Positions 25,005 to 34,479 of a stretch of 64,000 nt of DNA are shown here, piece by piece. The DNA comes from Thermoanaerobaculia bacterium. GTDB taxonomy: Bacteria; Acidobacteriota; Thermoanaerobaculia; UBA5066. Positions within the stretch are counted from its first letter, which is position 1; each line of letters begins with the position of its first letter. The notes below the pieces were generated by a model. The model was not told the DNA's origin. It ran no database searches and saw only the letters and a program-made list of their open reading frames with translations. The stretch is taken from the NCBI GenBank assembly GCA_963719225.1, contig CAVRAY010000001.1, forward strand, positions 3,648,001 through 3,712,000, given 5' to 3'. Made by a program: the position numbers and the translations under genes.

Positions 25005-28000
25005 AGCCGCGCGCGAGAAGGCTCCTTCGCGCGATCGTCGTCGGGCTCGTGCTCCCGATCGTGATCGGAGCGCTCGTCGTCTGGTGGGTGATCGGAACGA
25101 GCTCCGGGACGCGCTGGGCGGTGGAGCGGCTCAGCGTCCTCATGAAAGGGAGCGTGAAGGTCGGCTCGGTCGAAGGACGGATCGTCTCGCCGCTGACGCT
25201 TCACGACCTGAGATGGGAGTCCGAGTCGCTGGCGGTCGTCGTCAGGAAGCTGACCCTCGAGTGGAGCCTCGGGAAGCTGCTGCGGAGGCAGCTCGACATC
25301 GAGAGCCTGGCGGCGGAGGGCGTCACCGTCGTCTCCAAGCCGTCCGGGGAGGAGAAGAGCAAGGGGCTGTCGGACCTTCATCTTCCGATCAACGTCCTCG
25401 TCCGCGACGCGACCGTGCGCGACATCCGGCTGGGCGCCGACCCGAAAACCGCGCTCGTCGTCGACTCGATCGGGCTAAAGACGACGGCGATCCGGGACAC
25501 GCTCCGCGTCGAGTCGCTGTCGATCCGCTCGGCGCTTTTCGACGGCGACTTCAACGGGACGCTGAAGCCGATCGGAGACTACCCGGTCGGGCTCCAGATG
25601 CGCTGGGCCTATCGGCCGCCGGGCTCTTCGGCGTACGAAGGGAACGGCTCCTTCAACGGGAACCTCAAGCGCCTGGAGGTGAGGGAGCAGCTGACCGCTC
25701 CCTTCGCCGCGCGTATCGACGCGGTCCTCACGGAGCCGCTACGCGACCTGAAGTTCGACGCGACCGCCAGCGTCACGGACCTCAGGACCCGCGCCATCAA
25801 CAAGGCGTGGCCGGACGCGCGGATCTCCGGAAGCGGGAGGGCGCGCGGGACGTTCGAGCGCCTCTCGGCCGACGCGCGGCTCGAGACGACCTCCGCGATG
25901 CTCGGGCGGGCGGACGTCGCCCTGGCCTTCGAGCGCGCCGGAGCCGACTACACGCTGCGGAACGTGCGCCTCACGTTCCCGGGCCGCGCGACGTCGATCG
26001 AGGCGAACGGAAAGGTGACTCTGCCACCGAGCACCAGGGCCGAGGCGATGGCCCTCGACCTGACGGCCTCGTGGAAAGAGCTCACGTGGCCGCTGACGGG
26101 CAAGCCGATCGCCCGGAGCCGTGCGGGCGAGGCAAAGGTGAAAGGGACGCTGGACGCTTACGCCCTCGACCTGAACGCGGACCTCGAAGCTCCGAACGCG
26201 CCGCCCGGAAAATGGACTCTTCACGGCAAGGGGGACCGGAACCGTCTCGAGCTTCCGTCGCTCGAGGCAGAGGTGCTCTCGGGTCGTGTCGAAGGCTCGG
26301 GCGTCGTCGCGTGGTCGCCCGAAATCGGCTGGTCCCTCACGCTCACGGGCCGGGACATCGACCCGCAGCAGCTCGCCAGGGGTTACCCAGGCCGGCTCTC
26401 GTTCGAGGCGTTCACGCGAGGCAAGCTGCCGAAGCGGGGAGGGCCGATCGCCCGCCTCGAGCTGCGCCGCCTGGGCGGAACGCTGCGGGGACAGCCGCTC
26501 TCCGCGTCCGCGACCGTCGACATGGAAGGAGAGACGATCCGCGTCGGGAAGCTGGAGGTGAGCTCCGGACAGAGCCGACTGGCGGCACACGGCGTCGTCG
26601 GGCCCGCTTCCGACCTGGCGTGGTCTCTCGAAGCGCCGAACCTCGCGTCTCTCGTGTCCGAGGCGGCGGGTTCGCTCGCGGGCCACGGTCGCATCGCGGG
26701 CCCCCGTTCCACGCCGCGGCTCGTCGCCTCGCTGCGCGGCAAGGCGCTCTCGTTCGGGGACAAGCGCGCGGCGACGCTCGAGGTCGAAGCCGACGTCTCA
26801 CTCGCGCGGGGCGCGCCGCTCTCGATCGACGTGAAAGGTACGGGTATCGCGGTGGGGGCGCGCACGATCGACTCGGCAGCGATCACGGGACGGGGGACAC
26901 GCGAGCGCCACACGATCTCGGTCACCGCGGACGGCAAGGACCCGCGCCGCAAGGAATCGCTCAGGCTCGAGGTCGCGGGCGGCATCGACACGAAGCTCAC
27001 CTGGCGCGGCGAGATCCGGCGTCTCGACGTCGAGTCGAAAGAGACCGGCGCGTGGAAGCTCGAATCCCCCGCCGCCCTCGAGCTCGGTTCCGATCACGCT
27101 TCCCTCGAACGCTTCTGCTGGACCTCGCAGCGGGGACGTCTGTGTTTGTCGGGAAGCTATGGAGGGGGGACGTGGCGCGCCGCGTCTACCGTCCACGACG
27201 TGCCGCTCTCCCTCTTCGGCCCGTGGCTCCCCGCGGACGTCGAGATCTCGGGAGCGCTGAACGGGTCCGTGGACGCGCGGGGGTTCGCCGACGGGCGGCT
27301 CGAGGCGAAAGCGGAGCTCGCGCCCGGTCCCGGGGAGATCCGGTATCCCGAGGAGCGCGGCGGAAAGGGTTCGGTGCGCTTCCACGACGCGGTGTTACGT
27401 CTGTCGGCCGACGCGTCGGGCCTGACGGCGCACGCGGGCGTCGTCTTCGAGGGCACCGGCACCGCGTCGATCGACCTCTCGCTCCCGGACTACAACGCGC
27501 GCGGAGTACCTCAGAAAGACCAGCCGGTGAAGGGGCACGTCCGGATCGAGGTCACGCGCCTCGACGTCGCGCAGGGATTCGTCGAGGGCGTGCGCGAGGT
27601 CCGAGGCGCGCTGCATGCGGACCTCAGACTGGGCGGGACGCTCGGAGCCCCGTCGGTCCTCGGCGAGGCGCGGCTGGATGGCGGTCAGGCAGACCTGCCC
27701 GACTACGGGATCCAGCTCCGGGAGATCTCGGTCGTCGCGCGCGGGGACGGGACGGGTCCCCTCCGCTTCGACGGGAAAGTACGGTCGGGGCCGGGCCGCC
27801 TGACCATTTCGGGCGACACGCCCGTGACCCCGGCCGCGCTCACCGCGACCCACGTCAGGATCGACGGAGATCAGTTCCTCGTTCTGGACCAGCCTCCGGA
27901 CAACCGCGTGCTGGTCTCCCCGCGCGTCGCGGTGACGCTGAAGGGAAAACGAGTGGACGTGAACGGCGACCTCGAGATCCCCGAGGCGAAATACGTCTAC

Positions 28001-28792
28001 GTCACGAGGTACGCCGCCGTGCCGGTCTCGCGCGACGTGGTGATCGTCGGCGCCCCCGTCCCGCAGCCGAAGGAAACCGGGTGGGAGGTCGGCGCACGCC
28101 TTCGGCTGATCCTCGGCGAAAAGGTCCGGATCAAGGGCTCCGGCCTCGATGCGCGGGTCACCGGGAGCGTCCTCGCCATCGAGCAGCCGGGGCGCGACGT
28201 CGTCGCCACGGGAGAGCTCGAGCTCCACGAGGGAACGTATAAGGCATACGGGCAGGACCTGACGATCGAGCGCGGGCGCCTCTTCTTCGCGGGCGGCCCC
28301 ATCGACGATCCCGGCGTCGATGCCCGCGTCTATCGCAAGGCGAAGGACGGCGTCGTCGCGGGACTGGAGATCAAGGGGACGCTGAAGACGCCGCAAGTGA
28401 CGATCTGGTCTCAGCCGCCGATGGCGCAAAGCGAGGCTCTGGCTTACGTCCTCCTCGGCCACCCTCTCGGGAAATCGACTCAGCAGGAGGGGAGCCTCGT
28501 CGCGAACGCCGCGGCGTCGCTGGGTCTCAAAGGAGGAAACCTCCTCGCCAAGAAGCTCGCGGCCAGGTTCGGGCTGGAGGAGGCGCGCATCGAGACGGAA
28601 GGCAGCTTTTCCGAGGCGGCTCTCGTCGTCGGGAAGTTCCTCACACCGCGGCTCTACGTCCAGTACGGGATCGGCCTCTTCACGCGCGTCTCGACTCTCC
28701 GGGTCAGCTACATCCTGAACAAACGTTGGACGCTCAGGGCCGAGACGGGCGTCGAGAACGCCGCCGACATCGTCTACACGATCGAGAAGTGA
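25001..28792 (+). CDS. tamB: TamB (DUF490) translocation and assembly module subunit
   Basis: N-terminal TM anchor; C-terminal GTYKAYGQDLTIERG, ALAYVLLG, GKFLTPRLYVQYG; GTG 25001 overlaps tamA stop. Confidence 0.9.
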   Translation: MKPRARRLLRAIVVGLVLPIVIGALVVWWVIGTSSGTRWAVERLSVLMKGSVKVGSVEGRIVSPLTLHDLRWESESLAVVVRKLTLEWSLGKLLRRQLDIESLAAEGVTVVSKPSGEEKSKGLSDLHLPINVLVRDATVRDIRLGADPKTALVVDSIGLKTTAIRDTLRVESLSIRSALFDGDFNGTLKPIGDYPVGLQMRWAYRPPGSSAYEGNGSFNGNLKRLEVREQLTAPFAARIDAVLTEPLRDLKFDATASVTDLRTRAINKAWPDARISGSGRARGTFERLSADARLETTSAMLGRADVALAFERAGADYTLRNVRLTFPGRATSIEANGKVTLPPSTRAEAMALDLTASWKELTWPLTGKPIARSRAGEAKVKGTLDAYALDLNADLEAPNAPPGKWTLHGKGDRNRLELPSLEAEVLSGRVEGSGVVAWSPEIGWSLTLTGRDIDPQQLARGYPGRLSFEAFTRGKLPKRGGPIARLELRRLGGTLRGQPLSASATVDMEGETIRVGKLEVSSGQSRLAAHGVVGPASDLAWSLEAPNLASLVSEAAGSLAGHGRIAGPRSTPRLVASLRGKALSFGDKRAATLEVEADVSLARGAPLSIDVKGTGIAVGARTIDSAAITGRGTRERHTISVTADGKDPRRKESLRLEVAGGIDTKLTWRGEIRRLDVESKETGAWKLESPAALELGSDHASLERFCWTSQRGRLCLSGSYGGGTWRAASTVHDVPLSLFGPWLPADVEISGALNGSVDARGFADGRLEAKAELAPGPGEIRYPEERGGKGSVRFHDAVLRLSADASGLTAHAGVVFEGTGTASIDLSLPDYNARGVPQKDQPVKGHVRIEVTRLDVAQGFVEGVREVRGALHADLRLGGTLGAPSVLGEARLDGGQADLPDYGIQLREISVVARGDGTGPLRFDGKVRSGPGRLTISGDTPVTPAALTATHVRIDGDQFLVLDQPPDNRVLVSPRVAVTLKGKRVDVNGDLEIPEAKYVYVTRYAAVPVSRDVVIVGAPVPQPKETGWEVGARLRLILGEKVRIKGSGLDARVTGSVLAIEQPGRDVVATGELELHEGTYKAYGQDLTIERGRLFFAGGPIDDPGVDARVYRKAKDGVVAGLEIKGTLKTPQVTIWSQPPMAQSEALAYVLLGHPLGKSTQQEGSLVANAAASLGLKGGNLLAKKLAARFGLEEARIETEGSFSEAALVVGKFLTPRLYVQYGIGLFTRVSTLRVSYILNKRWTLRAETGVENAADIVYTIEK

Positions 28793-28804
28793 AGTCTAGG
28801 AAGC

Positions 28805-29101
28805 TCAGCCCCCCGCCATCGCGCCCAGGATCAGGAACGGCTCGGCCCCGGTCGCGACCGCCTCGGGCAGGGGGGCGTCCGGCGGCTCGTGCGAGACGTC
28901 CTCCGCGCAGGCGAAGAACCTCACGAAGGGCCGGCGCTGCCGCGTGACGTGGTCGCGGATCGCGCCGCGGAGAATCGGGTAGCGTTCCTCGAGCGCGTCG
29001 AGGACGGAGCGCTGCGTGACCGGACCCTCGAGATCGAGCGTCACCTCGCCGCTGACGCGCGCGAGCGTCCTGAGATGCACCGGGAGGACGACCCGAATCA
29101 C
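28805..29101 (-). CDS. MoaD/ThiS-family ubiquitin-like protein
   Basis: [28 protein letters not shown].., C-terminal AGG; GTG 29101 overlaps upstream stop. Confidence 0.85.
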   Translation of the reverse strand: MIRVVLPVHLRTLARVSGEVTLDLEGPVTQRSVLDALEERYPILRGAIRDHVTRQRRPFVRFFACAEDVSHEPPDAPLPEAVATGAEPFLILGAMAGG

Positions 29102-30213
29102 GGCAGCGTCTGGACCTCGACGGAAAGCACGGCGGGGAGATCGCGGAGGATGGGCGCCCAGGTGTCTCCGGCATTCGCCGACGCATAGACCTGCCCGCCC
29201 GTCGTGCCGAAGTAGACGCCGCACGAATCGAGAGAGTCGACGGCCATCGCGTCGCGCAAGACGTTGACGTAGCAGTCGCGCTGCGGCAGGCCGCTCGTGA
29301 GCGCCTCCCACTCGTTTCCGCCGGAGCGGCTCCGGTAGACGCGCAGCTTTCCGTCCAGCGGAAAGTGCTCGCTGTCGCTCTTGATCGGGACCACGTAGAT
29401 CGTTTCCGGCTCGTGCGCGTGGACGTCGATCGCGAACCCGAAGTCGGTCGGCAGGTTTCCGCTGACCTCGCGCCAAGACTCGCCCGCGTCGTCGCTGCGC
29501 ATCACGTCCCAGTGCTTCTGCATGAAGAGCACCTCGGGGCGCGACCGGTGCATCGCGATGCGATGAACGCAGTGGCCGACCTCGGCGGTCGGGTCGGGGA
29601 TCTGCTCGGATTTCAGGCCGCGGTTGATCGGCTTCCACGTCTTGCCGGCGTCGTCGGTCCGGAAGGCGCCCGCGGCCGAGATCGCGACGAAGATCCGGCC
29701 GGGGTCCTTCGGATCCAGCAGGATCGTGTGGAGGCACATCCCGCCGGCGCCGGGCTGCCAGCGGGGGCCGGAGCCGTGCTCGCGCAACCCCGCGAGCTCC
29801 TGCCAGGTCTGCCCGCCATCCGCCGAGCGGAAGAGCGACGCGTCCTCCACCCCGGCGTAGACGGTGTCGGGATCGGTCAGCGACGGCTCGAGATGCCAGA
29901 CGCGCTTGAACTCCCAGGGGCGCGGTGTGCCGTCGTACCACTGGTGTGTCCCGGGCACGCCGTCATAGACGAACTTGTTCCCCACCGGCGCCCACGTCTT
30001 CCCGCCGTCGTCCGAGCGCTGGATCTGCTGCCCGAACCAGCCGCTGCTTTGCGACGCGTAGAGTCGGTTCGGGTCGGCGGGCGAGCCCTTGAGGTGGTAG
30101 AGCTCCCACCCGGCGAAATGGGGGCCTCCGACGTCCCATCGCTCGCGCTTTCCATCCGAGGTCAGGACGAACGCGCCTTTCTTCGTGCCCACGAGTACGC
30201 GTACCCCGCTCAT
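29098..30213 (-). CDS. BNR/Asp-box beta-propeller protein (exo-alpha-sialidase-like)
   Basis: Repeated SxDxGxTW boxes ([36 protein letters not shown]); no signal peptide. Confidence 0.88.
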   Translation of the reverse strand: MSGVRVLVGTKKGAFVLTSDGKRERWDVGGPHFAGWELYHLKGSPADPNRLYASQSSGWFGQQIQRSDDGGKTWAPVGNKFVYDGVPGTHQWYDGTPRPWEFKRVWHLEPSLTDPDTVYAGVEDASLFRSADGGQTWQELAGLREHGSGPRWQPGAGGMCLHTILLDPKDPGRIFVAISAAGAFRTDDAGKTWKPINRGLKSEQIPDPTAEVGHCVHRIAMHRSRPEVLFMQKHWDVMRSDDAGESWREVSGNLPTDFGFAIDVHAHEPETIYVVPIKSDSEHFPLDGKLRVYRSRSGGNEWEALTSGLPQRDCYVNVLRDAMAVDSLDSCGVYFGTTGGQVYASANAGDTWAPILRDLPAVLSVEVQTLP

Positions 30214-30314
30214 GCCTCGCTCCTCCCGAACCGACTATATCGTCGGTCGGGCGGCCCCAAATCACGTTCTGGTCAGCGGGAACCCGCCGCCTCGCGGCGC
30301 CGTATCATTTCGAC

Positions 30315-30515
30315 ATGAGCCAGGGCTCGACCGGAAACGTGATCGCCGCGCTCGTGAGCTTCTTCATTCCCGGGCTCGGGCAGCTCATCCAGGGACGCAT
30401 CCTGGCGGCGCTCGGTTTTTTCCTCCTGTCCGGTTTTCTCTGGTTCTTTTTCCTCGGCTGGGTCGGTCACATCCTCGCCACGATCGACGCCGCGATCTGG
30501 AAGCCGAAAGGCTAA
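30315..30515 (+). CDS. Small membrane protein
   Basis: GNVIAALVSFFIPGLGQL.QGR motif; -10-like TATCAT 6 nt before ATG. Confidence 0.7.
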   Translation: MSQGSTGNVIAALVSFFIPGLGQLIQGRILAALGFFLLSGFLWFFFLGWVGHILATIDAAIWKPKG

Positions 30516-31819
30516 CGGCCGAGCCAGCCGCCGCGGAAGCCCGCGCGCTTCAGGCCGCGCACCAGGTACGGGCAGCGGCGCATCAGGTCCCAGACGAGCC
30601 CGGTCCGATAGTTCTCGACCATGAGCACGATCGGGCCGTCGTTGAGGCCGAAGTTGTACGGAGACACCCAGCCGCACGGGTCCTTCGACTCGGTTGGAAA
30701 CGTGGGATTGAACGTCGCTTCGAAACCGTACGGGCCCTGCCCGACGCCGAGAGCGTGCATGTGGGCGATGGCCGGCATCGCGATTTCCGGGGCGAACGGG
30801 ATCGATGCGACGACGGCCCACGGCGCGAGGGTGCCGTCGTCCGGGCCGCTCGGAACGCCTCGCGCGACGTAGTCGTAAAAGCGGCGCTTCACGCCTCCGA
30901 TCTCGAGCGTCGCGGGGCCCGGTCCCTCGCTCGCCGTGATTCCCCAGCAGTTCTCCGAATAGCCGGCGAAGCGTTTCGGATTCCTGATCGCGTAAAGCCG
31001 CTGGACCCGGGTCGCGCGAGCCGTGTTCTCGAAATAGTCGAGGCCGCGCTCGCGCATCGGCTCGTCGCGTATGCCGCGGAAATCCACCCAGACGTGCGAG
31101 AGCTGATGGATGAAGAGCGGCGCCGCGTGGAGATATTCGATTCCGTATAACTTTCGAAAGCGGTAGCTCGACGTGAACGCCGCGTAGCTTTTCGGGGAAA
31201 TCGGATGCGTCGGCGATCCCAGCGCGAGGAGGTAGAGGACGAGAGCCTCGCTGTAACCGGTCCAGCAGCGCTTCAGAAAGCCTCCCTCGGGCTTCCATCC
31301 ATGCGAGAAGAGGCGCCCGCCGTTCAGCGCCCACCGCCAGTCGCAGCGGCGGTACAGCGCGTCCGCCGTCTCGCGGATGGCGCGCTCCTCCCTCTTCTCG
31401 CCGTCGAAGTAGGCCGCGGCGACGAGCGCGCCGGCCATCACGTACGCCGTGTCGATCGTGGAGAGCTCGCAGTCCCACGCGCGGCGGCCCGAGCCCATGT
31501 CGAGGAAGTGGTAGAAGAATCCCCGGTGACCCGCGGCGTCTTCCTCCTCGCTTTGGCGCACGTTCATGAGGAACCGAAGAGTCGTGAGGGTCCGGGCCGC
31601 AGCTTCGTCGCGGTCCATGAGTCCCCGTTCGACACCGACGGGGTAGGCGGTCAATGCGAGACCGATCGCGGCGATCGAGGAGGGAGACCCGTCGTGTGTG
31701 CTGTCGCGGATGAGGCCGCTCGCCTCGTGGGTCTCGTGAAGAAAGTAGGCGAACGCGCTCCGCTGCAGCCTGTCCAGGTCTGCCTCGGCGAGAATGGCTC
31801 CTTCCTTTTTCGCCTTCAT
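30512..31819 (-). CDS. Glucoamylase-family protein (DUF2329/GH144-like, beta-1,2-glucan active)
   Basis: SSIAAIGLAL, GFFYHFLD, ELSTIDTA, WTGYSEAL, PLFIHQ.SH, WGITASEGP, DDGTLAP; ATG 31819. Confidence 0.85.
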   Translation of the reverse strand: MKAKKEGAILAEADLDRLQRSAFAYFLHETHEASGLIRDSTHDGSPSSIAAIGLALTAYPVGVERGLMDRDEAAARTLTTLRFLMNVRQSEEEDAAGHRGFFYHFLDMGSGRRAWDCELSTIDTAYVMAGALVAAAYFDGEKREERAIRETADALYRRCDWRWALNGGRLFSHGWKPEGGFLKRCWTGYSEALVLYLLALGSPTHPISPKSYAAFTSSYRFRKLYGIEYLHAAPLFIHQLSHVWVDFRGIRDEPMRERGLDYFENTARATRVQRLYAIRNPKRFAGYSENCWGITASEGPGPATLEIGGVKRRFYDYVARGVPSGPDDGTLAPWAVVASIPFAPEIAMPAIAHMHALGVGQGPYGFEATFNPTFPTESKDPCGWVSPYNFGLNDGPIVLMVENYRTGLVWDLMRRCPYLVRGLKRAGFRGGWLGR

Positions 31820-33225
31820 GCCAGCGTCCCGACGGCGCTCTGCAGGGCTTCGGAGAGCGTCGGGTGAATCTGGATCGCATCGCGAAGGACCTTCACGGAC
31901 ACGTCCGCGTTCATCAACGCGACGTAGACGTGCACGAGCTCGGAGCCATCCGAAGCGAGCACGGAGGCGCCGAGGAGCTTTTCCGTCTTCGCGTCCACGA
32001 CGACCTTGATGCACCCTCGCGCTTCTGACCTTTCGCGCGCCTTTCCATTGCCCCGCATCTCGAAGAGTCCCACCCGGATGTCGCGTCCCGCCTTGCGCAG
32101 CTCCTCCTCGGTCGCGCCGACGCGGCCGAGCTCCGGATCGGTGTAGACGGCATAGGGCACGATGCGCCGCGTCGTGCGCGTGCCGTCCCCCGCGAGCTGC
32201 GAGAGCAGGATGCGGTGGTCGTCCCAGGACGTATGCGTGAACATCGGCCAGCCCCGGATGTCGCCGGCGGCCCAGATTCCCGGCACGCTCGTGGCGAGAC
32301 GCTCGTCGACCGCGAGGATCCCATGGTCGTCCGCCTTCAGGCCGACCGTCTCGAGGCCGAGATCGTCGGTGTTGGCCCGTCGACCCGCCGAGACGAAGAG
32401 GTGTGACGCCGTGAAGACCTCGCGGGCGTCCTCCTTCTCGACGGTCGCCGCGAGGCCCCCTCTCCGTTCCACCACGTTCGTGACGCGGCAGTTCAGGCGG
32501 AACCGGATCCCCTCCGACTCCAGGAGGTGCTGGAGGCTTGCGGCGATGTCCCGGTCTTCCCACTTCAGCACCTGATCTCCGTGGTCGACGATCGTCACCC
32601 GGCATCCCATCCGGCGGTAGAACTGCCCCATCTCGAGCGCGATGTAGCCGCCTCCCGCGAAGAGGATGTGGCGCGGCAGCTCGTCCTGGTCGAGCCAGTT
32701 GCTCGCGTGGAGAAACGGAATGCTCTTCAGGCCGCGGATCGAGCCCAGGTCGCTCCGTGTTCCGGTGTCGAGGACGACCTGGCGCGCCGACAGGGTCTCT
32801 TTCCCGATTCGAACCCTGAAGTGCTGCCCCTCGCGTCCCTCGAGACGCGCGTGGCCGCGCACGAGCCGCGGGTTGTCGGATTCCTCGAAGCTGCGCCGGA
32901 GTCCGGCGCGCGACGACGTCAGGATGCTGCGCGCGCGATCGAGGACGGCCGGGAAGTCGATCTCGACCTTGGGGACTCTCAGGCCGAAGACAGCCGCGCG
33001 GCGCGCGAGATATGCGGCGCGCGCCGAAGCGATCACGGCCTTCGTCGGCGTGCAGCCGAAGTTGACGCACGAGCCGCCGAGATCCTTCCGCTCCACGATC
33101 GCGACGCGCTTTCCCGCCTTTGCGAGCGCGTGCGAAAGAGGAATCCCGGCCTGGCCCGCGCCGATGATGAGGACGTCGAGAGGAGGCTCGGGCGTCAACG
33201 GCACCTCAGCCGACCGCGGTGGCAT
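31816..33225 (-). CDS. Pyridine nucleotide-disulfide oxidoreductase (MerA/LpdA-like, no MerA C-terminal CC)
   Basis: IIGAGQAG, GGSCVNFGCTPTK, GGGYIALE, IWAAGD, IHPTLSE. Confidence 0.9.
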   Translation of the reverse strand: MPPRSAEVPLTPEPPLDVLIIGAGQAGIPLSHALAKAGKRVAIVERKDLGGSCVNFGCTPTKAVIASARAAYLARRAAVFGLRVPKVEIDFPAVLDRARSILTSSRAGLRRSFEESDNPRLVRGHARLEGREGQHFRVRIGKETLSARQVVLDTGTRSDLGSIRGLKSIPFLHASNWLDQDELPRHILFAGGGYIALEMGQFYRRMGCRVTIVDHGDQVLKWEDRDIAASLQHLLESEGIRFRLNCRVTNVVERRGGLAATVEKEDAREVFTASHLFVSAGRRANTDDLGLETVGLKADDHGILAVDERLATSVPGIWAAGDIRGWPMFTHTSWDDHRILLSQLAGDGTRTTRRIVPYAVYTDPELGRVGATEEELRKAGRDIRVGLFEMRGNGKARERSEARGCIKVVVDAKTEKLLGASVLASDGSELVHVYVALMNADVSVKVLRDAIQIHPTLSEALQSAVGTLA

Positions 33226-33378
33226 TTCCTGACATTCCCCGGAGGAGTGCGATGCGAGATGAGTGCCACGTCAAAGAGGAACTATTTCCGCTTTTACCCT
33301 TCCGGAAATTCGCATGGGACTTGCAGGTTTCCCCGAATCCGGGTGCCCAGCGCCCGCGGAACGGTGAAGGAGGTAAAG

Positions 33379-33786
33379 ATGCCAGAGCTCAGGACTCTCA
33401 AGCGGGCCAGGAAAGACGCGCGCGAAGGCAAAGCGCCCTCGACGCAGGCGGGCGAGTTCGTGCGCGAGGAGATCGAGCACGTCCGCGAGGGCAAGCACGG
33501 AGTTCGATCGGCGAAGCAGGCGATCGCGATCGGGTTGTCGAAAGCGCGCCGCGCGGGAGTCCCTCTGGAACCCCCCAAGCCGGGCACCGCTCCGGAGGAG
33601 ATCCGCGAGCGCGCGAAGAAGGACTATGCCAAAGGGCGGAATCATGCGTTGTTGAGACCGTCACGCACGAGGTCTCAGGCGACCTCGAAGGCCCTGAACC
33701 GCGAGGGCAAGGACGCCGTCTCGCGCGAGGCCCTGTCGCGACAGGCTCGACAGGCTGCACGGAAGAGGAGGCGGGCGGAAAGATAA
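33379..33786 (+). CDS. Basic conserved protein (DUF6496-like, often annotated DNA-binding)
   Basis: RBS GGAGG; GKAPSTQAGEFVREEIEHVREGKHG..SAKQAIAIGLSKARRAGV. Confidence 0.8.
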   Translation: MPELRTLKRARKDAREGKAPSTQAGEFVREEIEHVREGKHGVRSAKQAIAIGLSKARRAGVPLEPPKPGTAPEEIRERAKKDYAKGRNHALLRPSRTRSQATSKALNREGKDAVSREALSRQARQAARKRRRAER

Positions 33787-33877
33787 GGGACCGCTCCTCG
33801 AGGTTTTCCGGCGCGGGAAATTCCGCGGCATTGCGAAATAGTTCGCACCTGAAACCGCAAAACCCCTTATTTATCAG

Positions 33878-33893
33878 TGGCATCTCCCTTGCG
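33878..33893 (+). promoter_or_regulatory. Sigma54 -24/-12 promoter of the PAS-LuxR gene
   Basis: TGGCATCTCCCTTGCG (GG-N10-GC); upstream palindrome TGCGAA-ATAG-TTCGCA at 33832-33847. Confidence 0.7.
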
Positions 33894-33920
33894 CTCCTCT
33901 GGTTCCCAAGGAGCGCCCAC

Positions 33921-34469
33921 ATGAAGTCAAACCACGGTCTCTTGGAAGCCTCGTCCTTCAGCGAGCCGCCCGCGATCGCGACCGATGGGAAGCGTCGTGT
34001 GGTTTTCGTGAACTCCGCCGCCGAGCAAATTCTCGGAGTCCGAAGGAAAGAGGTCCTCGGGGCCGAATTGAGCTCGGTGCTCTCGCGTGATGCCCTGAGC
34101 TTGCTCACGCGTTCGGCGACGCTCAAGATCCCGGGCGCCGTGCCGCGCGCCGAGAGGACGGTCTACATTCTGGATCCCGCGGCCGTGCGCGCGGGCTCCT
34201 GTCCCCTGTCGAAACGGGAGCACGAGATCGTGGCGCTCCTCGCCGACGGATGGGCGGCTCTCAACATCGCGGCGCGCCTGAATCTGTCGCACGCGACGGT
34301 CCGAAATCACATTCAGAACGCCCTCAGGAAGCTCGAGGTCCACAGCCAGGTCGAGATCGTCGCCCTCGCGCTCCGCAGCGGCTGGGTGGACCGCCGGGAG
34401 CCCCGCTGGAACGCGGCCCCTTTCACGAGCCCCCGTTCTCACGTCGAAGCGATGGTCGCTGATGCCTGA
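33921..34469 (+). CDS. PAS + LuxR-HTH transcriptional regulator
   Basis: PAS VVFVNSAAEQILG; LSKREHEIVALLADG..IAARLNLSHATVRNHIQN. Confidence 0.85.
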   Translation: MKSNHGLLEASSFSEPPAIATDGKRRVVFVNSAAEQILGVRRKEVLGAELSSVLSRDALSLLTRSATLKIPGAVPRAERTVYILDPAAVRAGSCPLSKREHEIVALLADGWAALNIAARLNLSHATVRNHIQNALRKLEVHSQVEIVALALRSGWVDRREPRWNAAPFTSPRSHVEAMVADA

Positions 34470-34479
34470 AATCCGGACC

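Noticed and set aside
22644-28792. 786-aa and 1748-aa ORFs as giant fusions
   Set aside because: The N-terminal extensions are off-frame shadows of upstream genes; the real starts are 23226 (tamA) and 25001 (tamB). The same applies to the extended ORFs 30512..33070, 38981..41764, 44635..47178, 45096..48320 and 53121..55673.
31816-33225. Mercuric reductase merA / mercury resistance
   Set aside because: No C-terminal vicinal Cys pair, no NmerA domain and no mer operon genes.
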